This document shows positions 10,467 to 20,237 of a stretch of 64,000 nucleotides of DNA, piece by piece; the stretch's first letter is position 1; every line of letters begins with the position of its first letter. Location of the stretch: positions 192,001 through 256,000 of the forward strand of contig JAVLKG010000009.1 of the NCBI GenBank assembly GCA_032128875.1, given 5' to 3'. The notes beneath the pieces were generated by a model. That model worked only from the letters and a program-made list of their open reading frames with translations. It was not told the origin of the DNA and searched no databases. Origin of the DNA: Candidatus Melainabacteria bacterium 17Bon1m. GTDB lineage: Bacteria > Cyanobacteriota > Vampirovibrionia > Obscuribacterales > Obscuribacteraceae. The position numbers and the translations under genes were made by a program.

Positions 10467-11168
10467 ATGAAGGCACTCGCTCTTGCAGCCGCGGTCTCGC
10501 TAACGTTTTCGCTTGCGGCTTTTGCACAGGATTCAAAACTGTCACTTAAACCTAACGGCGGCGCAAAACAGCCCGCTGAAGCCGCCGCAAACATCGACGT
10601 CGTCGCGATTCAAAAGAAGATCGATGAATTTTCGGAGGCGATAAAACGCGATCCGAGGAACGAAAAGCTTTTCGCTGCTAGGGGCCAAGCCTTTATAAGG
10701 CTCGGACAGTATGAGAAAGCGATAGATGATCTTACATTTGCTGTTAACGCCAATCCGAGACGGCAAGCTTATTTTGCAGTGCGTGGAGATGCGTTTGCCA
10801 AGGCGAAACACTACAGAAACGCATTCGATGACTACGCAAAGGCGCTAGAGATTGGTCCACCTTCCGATTACTTGTATGCACATCAAGCAAGTTCTGCGGT
10901 TTTGATGTCCGAATATGCCTTGGCTGAGAAAGCAGCGAAAGCTGCTTTAAATTTGAATCCTCGCGACATAAGTACACTTGCGCTTCTAGGCGGAGTAGAG
11001 CGAGGGTTAGGAAAGTATTCTGAATCACTTAAAACGCTGAATAAAGCAATCGAACTTGCGCCTCTCGAACCCTCTCTCCTAAAGCTTCGCGCCGATACTT
11101 ACATGAAGCTAGGGAGAAGCGATTTAGCAAAGAAAGACTTGGACGCCTCAAATCTGCGTCGTCCGTAA
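10467..11168 (+). CDS. exported TPR-repeat protein (paralog of 9137)
   Basis: GGAGG RBS, signal peptide AFA|Q, TPRs; VAIQKKI and ALEIGPPS align with AAIEKKI and AIKLGPPT in the upstream gene. Confidence 0.9.
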   Translation: MKALALAAAVSLTFSLAAFAQDSKLSLKPNGGAKQPAEAAANIDVVAIQKKIDEFSEAIKRDPRNEKLFAARGQAFIRLGQYEKAIDDLTFAVNANPRRQAYFAVRGDAFAKAKHYRNAFDDYAKALEIGPPSDYLYAHQASSAVLMSEYALAEKAAKAALNLNPRDISTLALLGGVERGLGKYSESLKTLNKAIELAPLEPSLLKLRADTYMKLGRSDLAKKDLDASNLRRP

Positions 11169-11242
11169 GTAGTTAGAGATGCGAAGATATTGAGAAAACC
11201 ATAAAGGGAATAGTCTAAGGGTACTTCCTCTGAAGTGTAAAT

Positions 11243-14200
11243 ATGAATCTCCATTCGTCAGGTACGCCGAAACCAGAACCCGAAAAGGTTCAACCTAAGG
11301 ATTCTGCCGCTGCTGACTCAGGGCAAGTTGCGGACCCCGCAAAATTGAGGCAAGGCGGAGTATTCGATTCGCCAGTCCAACAATCTGGAGAAGTGCAAAC
11401 GGCAGTTAATATGACGGCAGGGGGTAATTTTTCCGCTGATTTAGGGGCGGAAGTTTACACAAGTGCTCCGGCAAAGAGTAAGTTGGAGAAACCAGGTTCC
11501 GTTATGGAAGGAACACCGATTGTTAGCCCTGTTAACGTTAGTCGAAGTAATGCTACAGCAAAACAATTGCCTGAAACTAATGCATTAGGAGGACCACAGG
11601 CAGTTAAGGAAGCACCTGGGAAGGTAGTTGTGCCTCCTATAATCGATGGCGCCGGTGCAACGACTCAGAAAATTGGCGCCCAGGGTGGAGAGGTTATAGC
11701 TCCCACATCGAACAAGGCTACTGAAGTTAAAACTGGTGCCTCTGCCGATACAGGTATTACTGCCAGACCTGTTTCGGCTCAGCCTGAACAGTCCTTACCC
11801 CAGAATAGGGGCACGCTCAGCAGTCCAGGAGAAAAGCTAACTTCCGGAGAAAAAACGACTTCTGGCGATAAAGTGGCTGGGGGAGATAGAGCCATCACCA
11901 GCGACAATTCGGGAGCTCGCAAAATTGAACCGCCCGCCTCCACTGTAGGGGCGCCATTAATGGCGCCCGCGCGCAACGGCGAGATGCCCGCTGGAACACA
12001 AAGTCGTCCCGCGGTATTGTCCGATGGCACCGCAGGTAATGTCGCAAATACAGGTGTCAAAGCAGAGCTGCATCCAGGCGCGAAACCCGTTCAAGACGGT
12101 ACTACGGCTCTGCCCTCTGGTCAGCAGAAGGTAGAAGCCAAACTCGACGGCGGTTCCGTGATTCAACCTGGCGGTGCTCAACCGAAAGTCGAATCTGCAA
12201 GACTTGAAACACCGAAACTCGAAACTACCAAACTCGAACAGCCAAGACTTGATTCACAGAACCCTGGTCAAGGAAAGTTAGAGCCAGCCAAAGGAAGCGA
12301 TGTTTTTAGCACTCAAAGCTCGACAGCAGCAGCCAACAGGCAAGATGGATTCAAACCTGCCGACGGCAGAGTTGATGGTGTAAGACCGGCAGATCAAGCT
12401 GGTTCTCGTGATGGTTCGACAATGCGCGATCCTAAGTCCGCCGGCGTTGCAAATGAAGTGTTTGGTCAAAAGGCAGAGCCTGGTGCAAGAGGCGATTCAC
12501 AACCCGGTGGATTCAAGCCTGATGGAAATGCAGCAGGTCAGAAAGCAGACCAAATCACGCGCGGCATTGAAAATCGCATAAACGAAGGTGCTAAACAACC
12601 AGGCACTACTGATGGTGCCACTGGTGGAACGCGTCAACCGCTTGCAGAAACTGGTGGTAAATCGCCAGGCATCACAGATGGTGCGCAACTAGGAGCGAAG
12701 CAAACAGGACTTTCAGACAACATTGGAAGCAGTGGCTCAGGAAAACAACCAGGCGCCGAGGGGGCATCCACAGCTACCAGCTCAAACATTCGGCAGCCTC
12801 TGTCGGACGGCGGCGACAAAGGTTCGAGCGGAGGCGGCAGCAGCGTTGCCGAGTCTACTAAGCGTGTCGACCTAGGAATGCCGCAGGGAGGTAAGTCCGA
12901 TGGGCAACCCGGCTCAAGCGGAATGGGGGGCGGCAGCTCCGCCTCTATCGACCGTGCCCCTCACGCCCCCTTCAGAGTCGAAGACGCTCAACCTGGTGGC
13001 GCCAAGGGCGATATTGCAGCAGGCGGCAAAGGCGAAGCAGTCGTTGGCGGAAAGGGAAATCTTGGCGGCGAAGGTCCAAGATTTGATTCGGGAGAGACAC
13101 GCGGAGGCCACCAACCTGGGGCTCGTTTTGATTCAGGCGAGATCCGCGGAACCCAACAAAGCACGAGATTTGACACTGGCGAGGTGAAGGACGGGCGCGG
13201 AGTTATTCCTGCAGGCGGTAAGTCGGGCGATGTCGGTGGCGGAGCGACCGGACCTGATTCTGGAATCGTAAAAGGGACGGATGTTTCCGGTACTAAGACG
13301 TCGGGGGGTGGAGCTGGCAGTGGTGGGTCAGGGGGCTCTGGAGGGGCTGAAGGTGGACTTCTTGGCGACAAACGCCAACCCTCGATGTTTCCTGAGACCA
13401 CGGTCAATCAAGGGGGCAAACCCGGAAAACCAGGCGACGGCATCGGGCACGCGGGCGGCGACGATTCGGTTCCTTTCATTTTGCCTGGAGCATTCAGCGG
13501 AAAGGACGGTGGGCGTCGGCAAAGCGACCAAATCTTTGGCGATAAGACCAAAGGCGATTCAATAGGCGGCAAGGCCGAATCCGGTGCCAAGACAGAATCA
13601 ACAGGCAAGGCCGATTCGACCGGCAAACCGGAACCAGGCGCCACGGCTGGAAAATTCGATTCTGGCTCGATGATCGCGAAGTTCGACGCACTAGTAAGCG
13701 GCAGACCTGATCCAACTGTTGCAAGCGCCAAAGGCGAGTCAAGTGTCGTCGGCGCCAAAGGCGACCCTAGTGCATCTAGCACCAAAGGCGACTCTAGTGC
13801 ATCTAGCACCAAAGGCGAAGCTGTTTCCGCTAATTCAAAAGACAAAGGCACGAAAGCTGACGCAGGAATATCTGCTGCAATGGCTGGACAAGTTGGTACT
13901 GGAGCGGCAGAAGTTGGAAGCGTCTTGAAGAATTTCGCGCAATCAGTTTTGTCGGATGGAAAGTCCGGGCAAGGCAACGACGGAAAAGTCGCACAAGGGA
14001 GCGATGCAAAAAACGTGCAAGGCGCCGACGGAAAGACTGTTGTGTCCACTGATTTTAGGGACAGCAAAAATTCCGGAAAAGCGCAGTCTGGAAGCGAAAT
14101 ACCCGGTAAGGAAACGCCGAATGCGCGCCAAGATTTCGCTGGACCTGGTCAGAAAACGCGTATTCTCGATCAGACGTCAGGCACTTCTGATACCAAAGTG

Positions 14201-14737
14201 ATTGGTGATATTGTCGGTCCACGCGCTGTGGGACCAGGCGCGATTCCTGCAGACGCTGCGAAGAGGTCAGAACTCGTTGCTGGTTCTGGAATTGCTGACG
14301 GGAATTTGCCTGGTGGCGCAGGCGGTGACGACGTCGGAAAGATTTCGACTGATGATTTCAATTTGCCGGAAGTAAATTTACTTGGTGAATCAGACGAGTC
14401 GGAAAACATAGAAGAAATTGAAGAGGTAGAAGAATCAGAAGAAGCGAAACGTGAAGACGAAATGCACTATGAGCTAGCGCTTGGACTGCAGCTTTATACT
14501 TCGATTGCAGAAGCTCCCTATGGCGCCTATCACTATTTCACGAAAGACGGCGACACCGTAGAGAGTGTGTCACGTGAGGTCGTCGGTGATGCGAGAACTG
14601 CTCCGCTCGTTTTCTCTCTCAACAAAGATCATATTCTTGCCAGCACCGAATATGGTGTGCACCCGTTCAAGGTAGGTGTGATGGTACAATTGCCTACACC
14701 GCGTGATCTCAAGAATTTCTTCGGCAGTCAGACTTAG
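11243..14737 (+). CDS. 1164-aa Gly/Ser/Ala-rich low-complexity protein with C-terminal LysM-like domain
   Basis: Long disordered region and acidic tract, then YFTKDGDTVESVSREVVGD..LVFSLN..GVMVQLP (LysM-like). Confidence 0.8.
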   Translation: MNLHSSGTPKPEPEKVQPKDSAAADSGQVADPAKLRQGGVFDSPVQQSGEVQTAVNMTAGGNFSADLGAEVYTSAPAKSKLEKPGSVMEGTPIVSPVNVSRSNATAKQLPETNALGGPQAVKEAPGKVVVPPIIDGAGATTQKIGAQGGEVIAPTSNKATEVKTGASADTGITARPVSAQPEQSLPQNRGTLSSPGEKLTSGEKTTSGDKVAGGDRAITSDNSGARKIEPPASTVGAPLMAPARNGEMPAGTQSRPAVLSDGTAGNVANTGVKAELHPGAKPVQDGTTALPSGQQKVEAKLDGGSVIQPGGAQPKVESARLETPKLETTKLEQPRLDSQNPGQGKLEPAKGSDVFSTQSSTAAANRQDGFKPADGRVDGVRPADQAGSRDGSTMRDPKSAGVANEVFGQKAEPGARGDSQPGGFKPDGNAAGQKADQITRGIENRINEGAKQPGTTDGATGGTRQPLAETGGKSPGITDGAQLGAKQTGLSDNIGSSGSGKQPGAEGASTATSSNIRQPLSDGGDKGSSGGGSSVAESTKRVDLGMPQGGKSDGQPGSSGMGGGSSASIDRAPHAPFRVEDAQPGGAKGDIAAGGKGEAVVGGKGNLGGEGPRFDSGETRGGHQPGARFDSGEIRGTQQSTRFDTGEVKDGRGVIPAGGKSGDVGGGATGPDSGIVKGTDVSGTKTSGGGAGSGGSGGSGGAEGGLLGDKRQPSMFPETTVNQGGKPGKPGDGIGHAGGDDSVPFILPGAFSGKDGGRRQSDQIFGDKTKGDSIGGKAESGAKTESTGKADSTGKPEPGATAGKFDSGSMIAKFDALVSGRPDPTVASAKGESSVVGAKGDPSASSTKGDSSASSTKGEAVSANSKDKGTKADAGISAAMAGQVGTGAAEVGSVLKNFAQSVLSDGKSGQGNDGKVAQGSDAKNVQGADGKTVVSTDFRDSKNSGKAQSGSEIPGKETPNARQDFAGPGQKTRILDQTSGTSDTKVIGDIVGPRAVGPGAIPADAAKRSELVAGSGIADGNLPGGAGGDDVGKISTDDFNLPEVNLLGESDESENIEEIEEVEESEEAKREDEMHYELALGLQLYTSIAEAPYGAYHYFTKDGDTVESVSREVVGDARTAPLVFSLNKDHILASTEYGVHPFKVGVMVQLPTPRDLKNFFGSQT

Positions 14738-14751
14738 AGCCAGCATCAACC

Positions 14752-15204
14752 GTGTCCAATGTGAATATTCGTTTGGCAACACCTGCTGATGCGGAAGCAT
14801 TGGTGCAATTGATTACCGAACACGCGAGATTCGAAAAGGAAGAATACAGTCCCGAAGGCAAGCTGGAAAAAATCCGTGCCTGCTTGGCTGCTGATCCGCC
14901 GCCCTACACGTGCTTGGTCGTCGAGACGGAAGATGGCGTCCAGGGCTACTGCACGTACATGAGCCAGTATGACAGTTGGTATGGCGAGTCACATATGAGT
15001 GTCGATGCTCTTTACTTGCGCGAGAGTTTGCGCGGCGCTTCAATCGGCAAGGCTTTGATGGAAAGGGTCATGGGAGACGCCAAACAACTCGGTTACTCAT
15101 CAGTTCGTCTAATGACGCCATCTGACAACACAGGCGCTATTAAGTTCTATGAAAAGCTAGGCGGGCAGCCGGCTTCCAAACTTTGGTTTTGGTTTCAACT
15201 CTAA
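14752..15204 (+). CDS. GNAT family N-acetyltransferase
   Basis: IRLATPAD start, VDALYLRESLRGASIGKALM (motif A), NTGAIKFYEKLG (motif B). Confidence 0.92.
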   Translation: MSNVNIRLATPADAEALVQLITEHARFEKEEYSPEGKLEKIRACLAADPPPYTCLVVETEDGVQGYCTYMSQYDSWYGESHMSVDALYLRESLRGASIGKALMERVMGDAKQLGYSSVRLMTPSDNTGAIKFYEKLGGQPASKLWFWFQL

Positions 15205-15264
15205 GTCTTCGTGCGCCGCTTCTAAAAAGCTGCTATAAAAAACAGCGGAAACTTGGAGATTTAA

Positions 15265-16491
15265 ATGAAAACTGTTTCTTTCACAACAGCGCTCGTTTGC
15301 GCATCCATTGCCACCAGTGCAATTTTGATGCCTTCGATTGCACAGAAGTCCGGCTCGGACACGCCAGCTGGCAAGAAGGCAGGGGGCGAGTCCGCAGCGC
15401 CGAAAAGCATTGCAAAAAGCACTCAAGACCCGAAAGGTTCAACCACCCAGAAGAGTGTCACTAACATTCCCTCGAAAGGTTTCAGCGGCGAACTTACCGA
15501 AATGGCGAAGTCCAATTATCAATGGACGGGAGTCGCCGTCTCCAAAAAGAATCGTGTTTTTGTTTGCTACCCACGCTGGTCGAACATTGGTCCTGTCTCT
15601 GCCGGTGAGTTGTTGCCGGACGGCTCTGTGAGCGCGTTTCCCGACAAGAAGTGGAACGAATGGATTCAGGGTGCAAAGGTAACTGGTGAGGAATTTGTTT
15701 GCGTGCAGTCTGTGTATTGCGACAGCAGTGGCGCACTTTGGATTCTCGATCCTGCAGCACCAAAGTTTCATGGACCGATTACAAACGGGCCCAAGCTTGT
15801 AAAAGTGAATTTGGGAAACAATCATGTGGAGAAGGTTTACCCACTTGAGACGGTTGCCCCTAAAGACTCATATCTCAATGACGTTCGCGTCGACACCCGC
15901 CGCCAAGTTGCCTACATGACTGATTCAGGGCTGGGTGCGATTGTGGTACTCGATTTGCGCACTGGAAACGCACGCAGAGTTTTGGACACTAGCCCCTCTG
16001 TGAAAGCGGAAGATATCAAAATCATGATCGGTGATAAGCGCTGGGGCGTAATGCCCGATGGCTCCGTGCGCAAAGTTCATTCTGACGGAATCGCGTTAGA
16101 TAAGTCTGGTGATTACCTCTACTATCAGGCTCTCACTGGCAAAACTCTGTACCGCATTGCTACAAAAGACCTGCGCAATGAAAAACTCGCCGCAAAGGAT
16201 CTGAATACCAAAGTTGAGAAGGTCGCGACAACGTGTGTTGCTGATGGTATTGAATTTGGTGCCGATGGAACTCTGTACCTTACATCGCTTGAAGATAGTT
16301 CAATCAAATCGTTGAATGTTTCTGCTGCAAACAAAGAAGTTAAGACAGTAGTGAAAGACAAGCAGCTGATTTGGCCAGACTCGCTCGCTATGCGAGGTGA
16401 TGGGCACATCTACGTCACTGCATCACAAATCAATATGGGAGCGAAGGCGCCCACACCGTACAAAATATTTCGATTCAAACCGAAAAAGTGA
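15265..16491 (+). CDS. exported major royal jelly/yellow-like (SMP-30-type) beta-propeller protein
   Basis: WTGVAVS..RVFVCYPRW, CVQSVYCD..LWILDPA, SYLNDVRVD, AYMTDSG, SDGIAL, WPDS. Confidence 0.85.
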   Translation: MKTVSFTTALVCASIATSAILMPSIAQKSGSDTPAGKKAGGESAAPKSIAKSTQDPKGSTTQKSVTNIPSKGFSGELTEMAKSNYQWTGVAVSKKNRVFVCYPRWSNIGPVSAGELLPDGSVSAFPDKKWNEWIQGAKVTGEEFVCVQSVYCDSSGALWILDPAAPKFHGPITNGPKLVKVNLGNNHVEKVYPLETVAPKDSYLNDVRVDTRRQVAYMTDSGLGAIVVLDLRTGNARRVLDTSPSVKAEDIKIMIGDKRWGVMPDGSVRKVHSDGIALDKSGDYLYYQALTGKTLYRIATKDLRNEKLAAKDLNTKVEKVATTCVADGIEFGADGTLYLTSLEDSSIKSLNVSAANKEVKTVVKDKQLIWPDSLAMRGDGHIYVTASQINMGAKAPTPYKIFRFKPKK

Positions 16492-16514
16492 ACTGCCGTA
16501 TTTAAGCGAATTAT

Positions 16515-17063
16515 CTACTTAATCGTTCCGCTTGATGCAGTTGTCTTTGCTTCTGCCAATTTCTTCACCTCAGCGAGGCGTTCTTTCACGCCTTTGATTG
16601 TCTGAGTGTTTGTAAGTTGGCGCAGAAAAGGCACTGGCAGGTCGAGCAGCACGAACGATTGCAGCGAAACATCGGTGGCTTTCTCGCCCGGCAATTCGCT
16701 GAGCTCCCACTTTCCTTCAAAAGCTTTGAACTTGTCTGAGTTCACCATCTTGTACGCGACTTCTTTGTCGTGGGTGTATTTCTCGACGTATGTGCACTTT
16801 GCAGTTTTCACAATCGGTAAATCAGTGAAATGCTCTTCGAGCGTGGCCTCATGATCTGACGATTTGAGCTCTTTGACATGTGAGCCTGGCTTGTAGCGTA
16901 GTTCTCTGATGCATTCGTAGACAACGCTCGGTTCGGCGTTCACTTTTATGTGATCTGTGACGCCAGGAAATTTATCGCATTTTGCCATTGCACTTTGCGG
17001 CGCTGCGATTACAGCCGACATTATCGCGCCAACTGCCAACGACGTGAGGATTCCCCTTTGCAT
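16515..17063 (-). CDS. exported SRPBCC/START (polyketide cyclase-like) protein
   Basis: Signal peptide AMA|K, IKVNAEPSVVY, KMVNSDKFKAFEGKWEL, C-terminal helix. Confidence 0.7.
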   Translation of the reverse strand: MQRGILTSLAVGAIMSAVIAAPQSAMAKCDKFPGVTDHIKVNAEPSVVYECIRELRYKPGSHVKELKSSDHEATLEEHFTDLPIVKTAKCTYVEKYTHDKEVAYKMVNSDKFKAFEGKWELSELPGEKATDVSLQSFVLLDLPVPFLRQLTNTQTIKGVKERLAEVKKLAEAKTTASSGTIK

Positions 17064-17303
17064 TTGCTCTGCTCCTGAATCAAAACGAGAGGGCGAGTCT
17101 ACAACGTCTTAAACGTACTTGCCAGGTGGAAAATTTGAGCAGATATACACCGATTCGCTTGACAGCCGGCTGAAAGTAAAGTGGTAGCGTGGAAGTTAAA
17201 CCGTTATCGGTTAAACTTCTGCTCTTTAAATTTGCTTGCGAATTGATGTCAAGCGTGTGCGTGCCTTACCAATGTGATTTTGCAGACGAAGTGAGGCGAT
17301 GCG

Positions 17304-17891
17304 TCAATTTGCAGGTCTAATTTCCGCCGCCTTCTGTTCTGCCAGCTCAGCACTGTCTTTCTCGCCTAGCGCGCGCAAAAGTTTTGCTGTAATCAAATAA
17401 GAATCTGCCACCTGTGGACTCTTTTGACCAAATCGGTTTTCTTTTAGTGACACGACTTTGTCGTAAAACTCCAGTATCTGTGCAGTTCCGGCGCCGAATG
17501 TGTTGTGGGTCATTGCGAAGTCAATGTCTACTAGCGCGCAGTCGTCGCCTGTTTTCAGCTGTTTTAACCAGAGCTCGACCAGCTTATCGCGCATGTCCTT
17601 GGCGCCGGCGTAGTTTCCGCTTTTTTCGTATATCTCTGACAGATGAATAAAGCAGGTAGCCAGTTTTGCGTCGTCGCGACTGCCGGGGTACTGTAGCAAC
17701 TGCATTGCTCTCTCATAGTTCTGTTGAGCGTCCGCCCAATTTCCTGCATGTTGCTGCAGCAGTGCAGAGCTAAGCAGCCCTTCTATCTCGACTTTGTAGT
17801 CTGTCTTGCCACCCGAGCGCATCACCATGAGAGCGATTATGGTTGCGCCAACGGCGACGGCAGCAATGATGAGTTGGGTAATGTCAGGCAT
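17304..17891 (-). CDS. membrane-anchored TPR protein
   Basis: N-terminal TM helix; kinesin-light-chain-like TPRs (FGQKSPQVADSY). Confidence 0.75.
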   Translation of the reverse strand: MPDITQLIIAAVAVGATIIALMVMRSGGKTDYKVEIEGLLSSALLQQHAGNWADAQQNYERAMQLLQYPGSRDDAKLATCFIHLSEIYEKSGNYAGAKDMRDKLVELWLKQLKTGDDCALVDIDFAMTHNTFGAGTAQILEFYDKVVSLKENRFGQKSPQVADSYLITAKLLRALGEKDSAELAEQKAAEIRPAN

Positions 17892-18022
17892 TGGAAAAAG
17901 GCTGTCGTTTGACGCTGCTTATTTTACAATTATGGTCTGGTTGCGGGGCGCCGATGTTCAACGCTCGCAACAATCAAATGTTGGGGTCCTGTTACCGCCC
18001 CGTATACAAGCTTTGAGTAGAT

Positions 18023-19138
18023 ATGAGCCAAACCACCACCGTAAGCGATTGCCTGAATGTCTTCGAATACGAAGCCCGCGCGAAGACCTCGTTGGCTGAG
18101 ATGGCGTATGACTATTATTCGGGCGGTTCTTGGGACGAGGTCACGCTGCGCGAGAACTGCTCCGACTTCTCGAAGCTCTCAATCATGCCGCACATGTTGG
18201 TCGATTTGACCGAACTCGACATGTCGACGGAGCTTTTCGGAAGCAAAATTTCGATGCCGCTTATCATTGCGCCTACGGCTTTTCATCAATTGGCGACAGC
18301 CGATGGCGAGCGAGCAACCGCGCGTGCTGCTCACAGAGCTGAAACAATCATGACTTTGAGTACGCTGGCCAATTGCTCAATTGAAGAAGTGCAAGCTGCT
18401 GCGCCCGGTCCGAAGTGGTTTCAGCTCTACGTCTACAAGGATAGGGAAGTCACCAAGGACCTGGTTCAACGTGCTGAATCTAATGGCTACAAGGCTTTAG
18501 TCTTGACCGTTGATTCGCCTATTCTCGGTCGCCGTGAGAAGGATGTGCGCAATAGGTTTTGTCTACCGAACAATTTTAGATTAGGTCACTTCGACACCGG
18601 ACCATTGGCTAATCTGCCTGACGATGTCGCGGATTCCGGATTGGCGGCGTACATTGGAAGTTTGTATGACACTTCGCTCAGTTGGAAACATGTTGAGTGG
18701 TTGAGCGAAATTACGAAGCTTCCGATTTTGCTCAAGGGAATTCTTCGTGCTGATGATGCTGCACTTGGTGTCAAGAACGGTGCGGCAGGAATAATTGTTT
18801 CGAACCATGGCGGGCGTCAACTTGACTCAGCGCCTTCAACCATCAGTGTTCTTTCTGAAATTGTGGACGCTGTTGAGGACAAGGTTCCGGTGTTGCTTGA
18901 TAGCGGCATTCGTCGTGGAACCGACATATTTAAAGCCATTGGGCTTGGTGCCAAAGCTGTTCTGACAGGGCGGCCTATTCTCTGGGGGCTAGCGACAAAC
19001 GGCGAGCAAGGCGCCTATGAAGTTCTGGAAATGCTGCGTGCCGAATTCCAGCTGACCATGCAGCTTGCGGGCTGTCCAACCTTGAAGCACATCACACCGG
19101 ATATGGTGCGCAGCAAAGAGCCGTTTTGGGTTACATGA
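18023..19138 (+). CDS. FMN-dependent alpha-hydroxy-acid oxidase (glycolate/lactate oxidase family)
   Basis: YDYYSGG, APTAF, WFQLY, LTVD, VSNHGGRQLD, DSGIRRGTDIFKA, GRP. Confidence 0.96.
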   Translation: MSQTTTVSDCLNVFEYEARAKTSLAEMAYDYYSGGSWDEVTLRENCSDFSKLSIMPHMLVDLTELDMSTELFGSKISMPLIIAPTAFHQLATADGERATARAAHRAETIMTLSTLANCSIEEVQAAAPGPKWFQLYVYKDREVTKDLVQRAESNGYKALVLTVDSPILGRREKDVRNRFCLPNNFRLGHFDTGPLANLPDDVADSGLAAYIGSLYDTSLSWKHVEWLSEITKLPILLKGILRADDAALGVKNGAAGIIVSNHGGRQLDSAPSTISVLSEIVDAVEDKVPVLLDSGIRRGTDIFKAIGLGAKAVLTGRPILWGLATNGEQGAYEVLEMLRAEFQLTMQLAGCPTLKHITPDMVRSKEPFWVT

Positions 19139-19147
19139 GTTAGAAGC

Positions 19148-19170
19148 GTGGGGGCGCATTGCATGCGCCC
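19148..19170 (+). repeat. GTGG-class REP
   Basis: GTGG-GGGCGCA-TTGCA-TGCGCCC, ~10 nt after the oxidase stop. Confidence 0.85.
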
Positions 19171-19243
19171 GAAAATAAATTGCAAGTAGTAGCGAATTGC
19201 ATGCTTCGCATGAATTTAAGGGACGATACGAGGGCAAGGTGAA

Positions 19244-20161
19244 GTGCGAATAGTTTCTTTGATTGCAAGTTCAACAGAGATAGTGCATGCCCTGGGCTTC
19301 GGCGACCAGATGGTAGGGCGTTCACATGAGTGCGATTTCCCAACGCAAGTTAAGGATCTTCCTGTCTGCACCGGACCCAAATTCAAGACGGACGGAACGA
19401 GTTATGAAATTGACCAACGTGTCAAAGAAATTGTGCAAGAGTCATTAAGTGTTTACCGTGTGGATGCTGCGAAACTCGACGAACTCAAGCCAACGCACAT
19501 CATCACACAGGCACAGTGCGAAGTTTGTGCCGTCAGTCTGAAAGATGTGGAAGAAGCAGCATGCCAAATGATTAGCTCAAATCCTCAAATTATTTCTCTT
19601 CAGCCTGATTCGCTCGCCGATATATTTGAAGATGTTCGTCGTATTGCGAAAGGGCTTGGTGTCGTGCCCGTCGGCGAAATGATGGTGGAACAGCTGAAAG
19701 GCAGAATGGATGTCGTTGCGCAGAAAGCTCGTGCGCTGCCAAACAAGCCTCGCGTGGCATTAGTTGAATGGATCGAACCAATGATGGCTGGTGGCAACTG
19801 GATGCCAGAATTGATCGACATGGCTGGTGGCATCAATCTGTTTGGTGAAGCTGGTAAACATTCACCCTGGATGAACTGGGAAGACCTTGTCGCCGCAGAG
19901 CCAGATATCATCATTGTTTCGCCCTGCGGCTTCGATATTGATAGGACAATGCAGGAGATGCATCTGATTTCGGATCGCAAAGAATACGCCGGATTGAAAG
20001 CGGTGAAAAATGGAAGAGTATTTGTCGCAGACGGCAATCAATATTTCAATCGTCCCGGTCCGCGCGTTCTCGAATCACTCGAAATGCTAGCAGAGATGCT
20101 ACATCCGGAAGAATTCAAATTCGCCCACGAAGGCGTAGGTTGGATACGTTATTCGGTATAG
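19244..20161 (+). CDS. BtuF/TroA-like (cobalamin/Fe-siderophore-type) substrate-binding protein
   Basis: RIVSLIASSTE, VGRSHECDFP, EWIEP..GNWMPE, PDIIIVSPCG, YFNRPGPR. Confidence 0.88.
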   Translation: MRIVSLIASSTEIVHALGFGDQMVGRSHECDFPTQVKDLPVCTGPKFKTDGTSYEIDQRVKEIVQESLSVYRVDAAKLDELKPTHIITQAQCEVCAVSLKDVEEAACQMISSNPQIISLQPDSLADIFEDVRRIAKGLGVVPVGEMMVEQLKGRMDVVAQKARALPNKPRVALVEWIEPMMAGGNWMPELIDMAGGINLFGEAGKHSPWMNWEDLVAAEPDIIIVSPCGFDIDRTMQEMHLISDRKEYAGLKAVKNGRVFVADGNQYFNRPGPRVLESLEMLAEMLHPEEFKFAHEGVGWIRYSV

Positions 20162-20202
20162 ATTCAAACCGGGCGATACATGGCATGGACTTTATAAAAA
20201 CA

Positions 20203-20225
20203 GGGCGCGTGCAACGCGCCCCCAC
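20203..20225 (-). repeat. GTGG-class REP
   Basis: Minus strand GTGG-GGGCGCG-TTGCA-CGCGCCC, between convergent genes. Confidence 0.88.
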
Positions 20226-20237
20226 GCTCCTACGCTT

